From Eledone cirrhosa (taxonomy: Eukaryota): DNA of 64,000 nt. The translations under genes were made by a program, and so were the position numbers. The stretch lies in the NCBI GenBank assembly GCA_964016885.1, contig CAXHJY010000750.1:1-64000 (forward strand), given 5' to 3'. The stretch's first letter is position 1. Each line of letters opens with the position of its first letter. Shown here piece after piece: positions 1-26,202 of the stretch. The notes beneath the pieces were generated by a model, which made no database searches, had not been told where the DNA came from, and saw only the letters and a program-made list of their open reading frames with translations.

Positions 1-9837
<9,837 letters not shown>

Positions 9838-10262
9838 AAACGAAATTTAATTCGTTTCGTTATTTGTTTTTATCGTCTCCGCTGAACCGGTACGTACTTA
9901 CGCTCTATGCAAATTAGTCTGCCCACTACTAATTTTCATAGAAAAAGCATATAACGATATGTGCTTTTACGATTCTCTAGAAAGGCCGGAAGATAGGTAA
10001 ATATTGCTGATGAGATGTACCAACATCGAAACTAGTCCAATATTCCTTGTCTGGCTTTCTGGAGAATAGAGGAAAGGTGTTTCCTCGAAAACCAGTATGA
10101 CTCTAAAAACCGGTTTGTCTGTGTGTTTACATACAGAATAGCTGGACACTCACAGTAAAGTGTCCAGTGAAAAACTCGGTACATCTACATATGTACACGT
10201 GGTGTGTATTCATATGCATACTAGTATTTCAGTATACATATGTGGATGTACATTTTTAACTT
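9838..10262 (+). mobile_element. Solo diverged retrozyme-like monomer (~425 bp), inverted relative to the adjacent array
   Basis: Largely collinear blocks shared with the reverse complement of the 420-bp unit (TTTATCGT, TATGCAAATT, TTGCTGATGA, GAAACTAGT, TTCC..TTGTC, GCTGGACACT, GTATACATAT); contains an HHR. Confidence 0.8.
10000..10044 (+). ncRNA. Type I hammerhead ribozyme, minimal stem III, canonical core
   Basis: AATATTG-CTGATGA-GATGT(ACCA)ACATC-GAAA-C(TA)GTC^-CAATATT: perfect 7-bp stem I, 5-bp stem II, palindromic ACTAGT stem III, GUC cleavage triplet ending at 10037. Confidence 0.92.
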
Positions 10263-10494
10263 AATTGTTTATATATATATGTATATATGTATATATATGT
10301 ATGTATATATGTATATATATATATGTATATATGTATATATATATATGTATATATGTATATATATATGTATATATGTATATATATATGTATATATGTATAT
10401 ATATATATATGTATATATATGTATATATGTATATATATATATATGTATTATATATATATATGTATATATGTATATATGTATATATGTATATATG

Positions 10495-10525
<31 letters not shown>

Positions 10526-10606
10526 GTATATATGTATATATATATGTATATATATATGTATATATATAGTATATTATATATATATGTATATATATATGTA
10601 TATATA

Positions 10607-10680
<74 letters not shown>
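10263..10680. repeat. (TA)n/(TATG)n microsatellite
   Basis: Direct inspection. Confidence 0.95.
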
Positions 10681-13330
10681 AACAGGAAAAATGAAACGAA
10701 ATTTCATTTCCCACTCTTAGTACGGCTGTTACTTAAATATAAGTATGTACACGTACATACATATATATATACAGACGTACAGTAGTATATATATATATAC
10801 ATACATGCACACATATATATATGTACGTATGGATTCACGGAACATTTATTATAATGCTCGGAGTGTTTGTAAACAAACATCCCGTATTAAGCCGTAGTGT
10901 CCAGCAACCATCGTTGCTCGTTTGTTCAACACTGACAAAGGAACGCTGTACTAGTTTCAAGCTTATTAGCTATCATCAGCAACGTATACCTTCCTGCCAG
11001 ATTGTTGAACGTATATACTTACCTTATGCATATTAACGGCTGAGTAGCCCAATTTGCATATCGAGTGGTTAATCGGCCGGGTGCACCGAATACGATAAAC
11101 AGGAAAAATGAAACGAAATTTCATTCCCACTCTTAGTACGGCTGTTACTTAAATATAAGTATGTACACGCACATACATATATGTATACAGACGTACAGTA
11201 GTATGTATATATATATACATACATGCACACATATATATATGTACGTATGGATTCACCGAACATTTATTATAATGCTCGGAGTGTTTGTAAACAAACATCC
11301 CGTATTAAGCCGTAGTGTCCAGCAACATCGTTGCTCGTTTGTTCAACACTGACAAAGGAACGCTGTACTAGGTCAAGCTTATTAGCTATCATCAGCAACG
11401 TATACCTTCCTGCCAGATTGTTGAACGTATATACTTACCTTATGCATATTAACGGCTGAGTAGCCCAATTTGCATATCGAGTGGGTTAATCGGCCGGGTG
11501 CACCGAATACGATAAACAGGAAAAATGAAACGAAATTTCATTTCCCACTCTTAGTACGGCTGTTACTTAAATATAAGTATGTACACGTACATACATATAT
11601 GTATACAGACGTACAGTAGTATGTATATATATATACATACATGCACACATATATATATGTACGTATGGATTCACCGAACATTTATTATAATGCTCGGAGT
11701 GTTTGTAAACAAACATCCCGTATTAAGCCGTAGTGTCCAGCAACCATCGTTGCTCGTTTGTTCAACACTGACAAAGGAACGCTGTATTAGTTTCAAGCTT
11801 ATTAGCTATCATCAGCAACGTATACCTTCCTGCCAGATTGTTGAACGTATATACTTACCTTATGCATATTAACGGCTGAGTAGCCCAATTTGCATATCGA
11901 GTGGGTTAATCGGCCGGGTGCACCGAATACGATAAACAGGAAAAATGAAACGAAATTTCATTTCCCACTCTTAGTACGGCTGTTACTTAAATATAAGTAT
12001 GTACACGCACATACATATATGTATACAGACGTACAGTAGTATGTATATATATATACATACATGCACACATATATATATGTACGTATGGATTCACCGAACA
12101 TTTATTATAATGCTCGGAGTGTTTGTAAACAAAGCATCCCGTATTAAGCCGTAGTGTCCAGCAACCATCGTTGCTCGTTTGTTCAACACTGACAAAGGAA
12201 CGCTGTACTAGGTCAAGCTTATTAGCTATCATCAGCAACGTATACCTTCCTGCCAGATTGTTGAACGTATATACTTACCTTATGCATATTAACGGCTGAG
12301 TAGCCCAATTTGCATATCGAGTGGGTTAATCGGCCGGGTGCACCGAATACGATAAACAGGAAAAATGAAACGAAATTTCATTTCCCACTCTTAGTACGGC
12401 TGTTACTTAAATATAAGTATGTACACGTACATACATATATGTATACAGACGTACAGTAGTATGTATATATATATACATACATGCACACATATATATATGT
12501 ACGTATGGATTCACCGAACATTTATTATAATGCTCGGAGTGTTTGTAAACAAACATCCCGTATTAAGCCGTAGTGTCCAGCAACCATCGTTGCTCGTTTG
12601 TTCAACACTGACAAAGGAACGCTGTATTAGTTTCAAGCTTATTAGCTATCATCAGCAACGTATACCTTCCTGCCAGATTGTTGAACGTATATACTTACCT
12701 TATGCATATTAACGGCTGAGTAGCCCAATTTGCATATCGAGTGGGTTAATCGGCCGGGTGCACCGAATACGATAAACAGGAAAAATGAAACGAAATTTCA
12801 TTTCCCACTCTTAGTACGGCTGTTACTTAAATATAAGTATGTACACGTACATACATATATGTATACAGACATACAGTAGCATGTATATATAAATACATGC
12901 ACACATATATATATGTACGTATGGATTCACCGAACATTTATTATAATGCTCGGAGTGTTTGTAAACAAACATCCCGTATTAAGCCGTAGTGTCCAGCAAC
13001 CATCGTTGCTCGTTTGTTCAACACTGACAAAGGAACACTGTACTAGTTTCAAGCTTATTAGCTATCATCAGCAACGTATACCTTCCTGCCAGATTGTTGA
13101 ACGTGTATACTTACCTTATGCATATTAACGGCTGAGTAGCCCAATTTGCATATCGAGTGGGTTAATCGGCCGGGTGCACCGAATACGATAAACAGGAAAA
13201 ATGAAACGAAATTTCATTTCCCACTCTTAGTACGGCTGTTACTTAAATATAAGTATGTACACGTACATACATATATGTATACAGACGTACAGTAGTATGT
13301 ATATATATATATACATACATGCACACATAT
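10681..13330 (-). repeat. Tandem array of ~416-420-bp units (6 full + 1 partial), one HHR per full unit: putative non-LTR retrozyme
   Basis: AACAGGAAAAATGAAACG recurs at 10681, 11098, 11515, 11935, 12355, 12775 and 13191; units are nearly identical. Confidence 0.93.
10943..10985 (-). ncRNA. Type I hammerhead motif, array unit 1 (homologs at 11360-11401, 11779-11821, 12200-12241, 12619-12661, 13035-13077)
   Basis: Minus strand ACGTTG-CTGATGA-T-AGCT(AATA)AGCT-T-GAAA-C(TA)GTA^-CAGCGT; the base of stem II is a U.U mismatch. Confidence 0.85.
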
Positions 13331-13723
13331 AATTCAAATGGATGAGACATAATATATTTTAAAAATATCATCTTTCTTTCTTTCTCTCCTCTACACTGGA
13401 CGTGATTTATCTGTCGGCTATTTTAACTGTATCCATTCCCTCCTTAACCTCCCACTTGTACGATGATCATCTGTCCCCAAGCTGCCTACTATTTTTTCAC
13501 TTCCTCAATACATTTCTCTCTCCCATATCTCCTTCTCTCTCTATCTCGCTCTGTTGTTTTTCTTTACATACATCTCTTCATCTTCTTCTTTTATCTTCGT
13601 TTTTCTTCGTCTTTCTTTCTCTATAACTGTCCTCAACAGTTTCACTACCAAATCAACTTTTTAAATGGAAGTTGCATTATTCTAAGGTATGTCAAAATTA
13701 TTTATAAAACAGCTTATATATTG

Positions 13724-13789
13724 TATTTTGTCTGAGGAAGGCATACCATATTCTTAATATGATATCCCAGAAATATATATAACGAAATA
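13724..13789 (+). ncRNA. Minimal type I hammerhead motif (PLE pseudo-LTR type) after a pyrimidine-rich tract
   Basis: TATTTTGT-CTGAGGA-AGGCATACCATATT(CTT)AATATGATATCCCA-GAAA-TATATA-TA^-ACGAAATA; inverted homolog at 40506-40571. Confidence 0.75.
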
Positions 13790-13830
13790 ATTATGGTTTT
13801 ATAAATATAGTTTCCATTTGTTTAATATCG

Positions 13831-13875
<45 letters not shown>

Positions 13876-13896
13876 GTATGTATATATATATGTATG

Positions 13897-13928
<32 letters not shown>

Positions 13929-13937
13929 TGTATATAT

Positions 13938-14266
13938 GAAATATAAGAATCAAAGAACTGTTCAAAACATTATCGTGCTTACAGCTGTTTCCTCCAAACC
14001 GAGGTTTGGATTCTTCGGAGCAATTTATTAATGAATGGACAGTTATATGACCTCCTTTTCAGCCAAGAGTCATACCGATACATATGCAAATATTGTGGGT
14101 CAACATTCATTACAGCATTTAGAGTGGCAGTACACACTTCGAGATTACATTCATAATAAAAGGTACAATCAAGAATCAAAAATACAGGTTAAAATACAAC
14201 ATGAAGATAAGCGGTTATATAGTGCAAATGTTATATGTGTGGCAAGCACGTGCGTCCTGTTTATAT
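13938..14266 (-). mobile_element. ~330-bp HHR-bearing interspersed repeat (probable PLE pseudo-LTR); inverted homolog at 21333-21660
   Basis: Reverse-complement similarity between the two loci; HHR-like motif at 13976-14022 (minus): TGCT-CCGAAGA-A-TCCAAACC(TC)GGTTTGGA-G-GAAA-CAGCTG-TA^-AGCA. Confidence 0.75.
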
Positions 14267-14409
14267 AGTGTGGCAGAGAGATATGTGTGGTAGGAGCACT
14301 TAGGTAGGTAAAGAAGAGTGTTAGGTTGGTTGATCTGGTGGGAAATTCTTTATATGATTGTTATAGTCTGTGTGTGGAGAAAAGATATAAGCATTAATAC
14401 AATTAATAC

Positions 14410-16379
<1,970 letters not shown>

Positions 16380-17352
16380 CTTCAAAATAATTGCGTCAAA
16401 GCACAAAAACTTATCTTACAGCAGGATCTGGATGCCATATACAGATGGGCGGAAGAAAACAACATGCAGTTTAATACTGGCAAATTCCAAGCCCTACAAT
16501 ACAAACCTGCAAACACAAACACAAATATAGCGGAACACAGCTACACAGGACCAGGAGGGACCGATATCCCCGTGTCAAAATCGATACGAGACCTGGGCAT
16601 AGACATGAGCGATGATGCATCTTTTTCTTCTCACATCATGAAGGTGGCGACAACATGTAGACGATTCGCTGGCTGGATCTTGAGGACTTTCCTTACAAGA
16701 GATCGAGACACCATGTTGACACTGTGGAGGACTTTTGTCCTAAGCCGCCTGGACTACTGCTCCCAGCTGTGGTCACCCCATAGTGTCAAACTAACCACGG
16801 AGCTTGAGGCAATCCAGCGAAGCTACACCAAGAGGATTGCCAAGATGAGGGAGACAAGCTACTGGGAGAGGCTAAAGGAACTGAACCTCTACTCCTTGGA
16901 GCGAAGACGGGAGAGATACGCAGTGATCTACATGTGGAAAATCCTGGAGGGACTAGCACCAAACTTTGGCATTGGGAGCTGGACCAACCGTCGAACAGGA
17001 CGTCACTGTGTGGTGCCAAAGGTCCCGTCTTCCACATCTAGAATAAGGAGCAGGTATTGCAATAGCCTGGGATTCAAGGGCCCGCAACTCTTCAACAGGC
17101 TGCCGAGGCATCTGCGAGACTTGCATGACGTGGAGGTGGATGTCTTTAAGAAATATCTCGACACTTTGTTATCCAGGATCCCGGATGAGCCCACAGCAAG
17201 ACACGAGGGAAACCTAAGGGCAGCAGCAACAAACTCCCTCCTACACCAGTGGCCAACCTATACAGGCTGGAGATAAAATGTGTAGCAACAAGGGCGGTGC
17301 ACCAGCATGGCCTCAGCCAGATGGCTGAAACAGGTAAAAGAGTAAAAGAGTA
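16380..17352 (+). mobile_element. 5'-truncated CR1/L2-group LINE (C-terminal RT part of ORF2, open to 17276) with (TAAAAGAG)n tail
   Basis: [38 protein letters not shown] and [19 protein letters not shown] are typical CR1-group C-terminal RT motifs; short tandem-repeat 3' tail. Confidence 0.92.
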
Positions 17353-18696
<1,344 letters not shown>

Positions 18697-18815
18697 CCTC
18701 TATCCCTTTTCTCTCTCTCTATCTTCCTCTCTTTTGCCCCTCTCTCTCTCTCTCTCTCTGTTCCTCTATCTTACACTACTACCCCTTATTTCATTTCCTA
18801 AGGTCATTCCAACTT

Positions 18816-18918
18816 TGTATTTTGAAAATTCGGATGCCACAGTATCTCTCTTGATTGCCTATTATAACATAGTGTAGCAATAATGGACTGAAATTCTGAT
18901 GAAACAATTGTTAATACG
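18816..18918 (+). ncRNA. Hammerhead motif with U3-A8 variant core and long stem II
   Basis: TGTATT-TTGAAAA-TTCGGA...TCTGAT-GAAA-CAATTG-TT^-AATACG; palindromic ACAATTGT stem III; preceded by a CT-rich tract at 18697-18815. Confidence 0.65.
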
Positions 18919-18972
18919 TGGATTAAATTCTTTTGTAACTGTTTACCTTCGTCCTATTTCTCTTCTTTGGTA

Positions 18973-19846
<874 letters not shown>

Positions 19847-19887
19847 TAATATATTAGAACAAAAGATGGTTAAAGGAGTTCCATGTA

Positions 19888-19954
19888 TTTTATTATGCGC
19901 ATTTCAAAAACAAACATCATCATGCAATAATATTTGTGTTTTCATTAGATAAAA
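19888..19954 (-). ncRNA. Degenerate hammerhead motif (G5A core change)
   Basis: Minus strand TTTTAT-CTAATGA-AAACACAAATATT...GATGTTTGTTTTT-GAAA-TGCGCA-TA^-ATAAAA; palindromic ATGCGCAT stem III; the purine-rich plus-strand tract at 20060-20900 lies upstream on this strand. Confidence 0.6.
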
Positions 19955-20267
19955 CTGGAGGACATGATATGAAGGCTAAAAAACACTTGTGGATAGTGCA
20001 ATTTTTAAATCAACATATGAGAAGTAGTTTTAGATTGATGTGTGATATTGGGAAAAATATTTTATTTAGAGGGGGGAGGTGGAAAGGATGAAAAAAAAAG
20101 AGGAGGAGATGAGAGTGAAGGTGGAGAGCGAGGAATATAATGAGGAAGGATGAGATAGGAGGAGAGATGGGTGATAGCGTGAGAGAGATAGTTTTTATAA
20201 CTGAGAAAGATATATTGTTTTACATAGAGAGGTTGAAAACCGTTGGAAGATAATGTATAAATTAAAA

Positions 20268-20840
20268 GAATTTGAAAATTAACGAAGGGAAAAATATGTG
20301 CGAAGAAGGAGAGGGAGATAATATGTATTGAGAATAATGAGTTTGATGATAGAGAGAAGAGAATAATGAATTGCGGATGAATATTCTAACGTCAAAAAAA
20401 ATGTATATGTTTACGAAGGATTTTTATAAGGTGATATAGAGTAAGAATGTGTTGTATTATGTAATAATTGATTCTATGTTAGGCAAGAGTGAGAAAAGGT
20501 ACAGATTAGGGGTTAGATATTAGAGGAGAGGAAAAGGAAGTGATAAATATGGGTGGTGTAGAAAGAGTCTACAAGTATTATGGAAATTTGAAAATTAACG
20601 AAGAGAAAAAATGTAAAGTTAAGGTTTGTATATTGAAGGATTTGAGAAAAATAATGTGAAGTTAAGGTTTGTATATTGAAGGAATTGATAATATGTGCGA
20701 AGAAAAAGAAAAAGTTAATATGTATTGAGAATGAGTTAGATGATAGGGAGAAAAAAATAATGAATTAAGGATGAATAATCTGGTGTCAAAACAAATGTAT
20801 ATGTTTACGAAGGAATTTACAAGGTGATATAGAGTAAGGG
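20268..20840. repeat. Purine-rich region with an internal ~170-250-bp diverged duplication
   Basis: TTTGAAAATTAACGAAG, AATATGTGCGAAGAA and ATGTATATGTTTACGAAGGA each occur twice, about 0.3-0.4 kb apart. Confidence 0.7.
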
Positions 20841-20960
20841 TAATGAGTAAACAAGTATTATAGAGTGTATAATACCCTTTGAAATAAGGTAGGAAGATGG
20901 GTATATTTTAAAAGAGGTGTATGTATATGTGCCTTTGAGAAAAAGATATGTATATATGTA

Positions 20961-21019
<59 letters not shown>

Positions 21020-21332
21020 GTATATATATGTATATATATATATATGTATATATATCTATATATATATGTATATATATCTATATATATATGTATATATATA
21101 TGTATATATATGTATATATATGTATATATATATGTATATATATGTATATATATATGTATATATATATGTATATATATATGTATATATATACGTATATATA
21201 TATGTATATATATATGTATATATATATGTATATATATATATATGTATATATATATGTATAATATATCTATATATATATGTATATATATATATGTATATAT
21301 ATGTATATATATATGTATATATATATGTATAT

Positions 21333-21660
21333 ATATAAACAAGATGCACGTGCTTGCCGCACATATAACCTTTGCACTATATAACCGCTTATTTTCATTT
21401 TCATGTATTTTAACCTGTATTTTTTATTGTATCTTTTAATATGAATGTAATCTCTAAATGTGTACTGCCACTCTAAATGCTGTAATGAATGTTGACCCAC
21501 AATATTTACATATGTATATGTATGTCTCTTGGGTGAAAAGGGGGTCATATAGGTGTTCATTCAATAATAAATTGCTCCGAAGAATCCAAACCTTGGTTTG
21601 GAGGAAACAGTTGTAAGGATAAAAATGTTTTGAACAGTTCTTAGATTCTTATAATTCATA
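21333..21660 (+). mobile_element. Second, inverted copy of the 330-bp HHR-bearing repeat
   Basis: Reverse complement of 13938-14266; HHR-like motif at 21573-21619 with the same CCGAAGA core. Confidence 0.75.
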
Positions 21661-21840
21661 TAACTGCTCTGTAAATCATCTGATGTTTTTACATTGAGCT
21701 ACTTAACTTACTGGTAATAAGGTAGTAATATATTACTGCCTACCACTATTTAGGGTTTGTATAAAAATATATATAACTGCAAAAGGTTTTTGTATTTACA
21801 TAACCATAAATAGTATAATTAATACTATAATTAATTAATG

Positions 21841-24106
<2,266 letters not shown>

Positions 24107-24327
24107 TTTCGTTTCTGAATTTGTTTAGCAAGATTCTTTATCTGAAATCGTGTGTTGAAATCGATATTGTTATACTTTGGGAGGGTCATGTTGCCAATAA
24201 GAAACACGCACCAGTTGCTTTCACTTCAATTTATTATATATTTATAAATTTATAAATTTACAAATTTACAAACTTATAAATTTCTGGTTGGTTGGTTGGT
24301 TCCACAACCAGATACTTGTTTATATAT

Positions 24328-24372
24328 AGTCATAGTCCTTTCGTCACACACTCTGTGACCTCTTCAGTGACT
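24328..24372 (-). ncRNA. Minimal hammerhead motif
   Basis: Minus strand AGTCA-CTGAAGA-G-GTCACA(GAGTG)TGTGAC-GAAA-GGAC-TA^-TGACT. Confidence 0.7.
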
Positions 24373-24497
24373 GGGGATTCCTTTCCTTTGTTTCTGTGCC
24401 TTTCCTTTCTTCTATCCTACGCCAGTTTGTTTCTGTGTGTGTGTTGTGTATAACAATATATATATATACATATATATATATACATATATATATATAC

Positions 24498-24530
<33 letters not shown>

Positions 24531-24684
24531 CATATAGATTTTGAGTTTATGTTGGTTGTATACCAACACCTCAGTATGCAGGCTGGAGCACTCGACGAAG
24601 TGCGCAGGTTGGTTTGGTTACTCCGGAGTAGTGTAAAATAAAGTTAAATAAAAGTCAAATGATTAAAATTTAGCTTCGTTTATT

Positions 24685-24739
24685 ACTGCTATATATATTT
24701 CAGTGACAGCCATCTTTGGCTGTGACCTCTTCAGGCAGT
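24685..24739 (-). ncRNA. Minimal hammerhead motif
   Basis: Minus strand ACTGC-CTGAAGA-GGTCACAGCCA(AAGA)TGGCTGTCACT-GAAA-TATATA-TA^-GCAGT. Confidence 0.8.
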
Positions 24740-25923
24740 TTGAATTAGTATGGTATAGACAAGTACATATGTTGTTTAGGTGTATGATATTGTCAATACT
24801 CTGATATGCCCAGTTCCTTGTTGGGTTGTTAATTCACTGGGGAACTGGAGTCATATGAATTCAAACAAACGAATTTTAGTGTCACAGGTCCCCTTCTCCT
24901 CTCATTGGTCAGTTATTAGTGTTGTCATTGTTGGAGTTAGCTTAAAAATTGATAAAATGGTAGAAGGGACAAGGTGTTGAAGGAACAAAATATCAAAAAA
25001 TGTGTCAAACTTCCCATTGTTCAGTTCTGAGAGCATTCCTCAGTCAGAAGTCTATAGAATTCTTTCTGGGGTGAGGCTCCCTGTAGTGTTTATGCCTGCT
25101 ATTGTTCAGTACATTTGACCTCGACCATTATTTTGGTACTGTTGTTGTTGTAGTGGTCAGCTTATATCTTGCTGCTGCTAACAGTTTAGAAGTATTCAGT
25201 TTGTGTTTTCTCTTCATCCCATCCGCCACCATCGTAGTGGTGGTGGCGGGGGGGGGGGGGTTATTTCATGTATATGAAGAAATATAAGGCAATAAATGAA
25301 GAAAACAGAAGATAAATAAATAATATAATAAAATAAAATAATTAATATAATTTGTGTAATTTGAAAATAAATAAATAAATAGAGAATAAAGAATAAAGAG
25401 TAAATGAGAGATTGGTGAAAAAGTAATGATAATGTATATGGAGAAGTGAGAAATAATGTAGGATAAAGTGTGTGTGTGTGTGTGCTATAACCAATCTCAA
25501 GGTCAGAATATGTTGGATAGATTGGTATGATACAAGATGTTAAGATGAGATATTCAATGTGTTTGTGTTATAATCTATCTCAACTTAAAATAAATATAAA
25601 TATAAGGTTATACAGTGAAGAGGGCAGAAAACAAATAACAAATTAATAAAGAGAAATCAAGATTTAAGATTGGAACTTTAAAGTCAGAAATCTGGTAAAT
25701 TAAAAGTGTTTGTGTTATAGATGTTGGCCAGATTATTATGGCTGTGTCCGATTCTGTCTCTAGGCTATCATGGTGTCTGCTCCGCCTGGGTTGTTCCCTA
25801 TGGCTTGAGGGGAGTTCACAACCTAGGGTGTTGTAATTGTCCATATAGCTTGAGGGAGGTCTGGCCGAGAGGTGTTTTCATGCTCTGTAGAAGTCCCTAT
25901 AGCTGTAGAAGTCCCTATATATA

Positions 25924-26076
<153 letters not shown>

Positions 26077-26202
26077 GTATATATATATATTTATATATAT
26101 ATATGTATACATATATATATGTATATATATATAGGTATATATATATAGGTATATATATATATGTATATATATATATAGGTATATATATATATGTATATAT
26201 AT

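Noticed and set aside
11015-11024. ATACTTACCT matches the U1 snRNA 5' end
   Set aside because: The downstream sequence lacks U1 stem-loops and the Sm site; not a U1 gene array.
10681-13330. Array as CRISPR, 5S/tRNA cluster, miRNA cluster or protein-coding repeat (71-97 aa ORFs)
   Set aside because: No unique spacers and no recognisable 5S, tRNA or miRNA sequence; ORFs are broken by indels in some units; the hammerhead explains the main hairpin.
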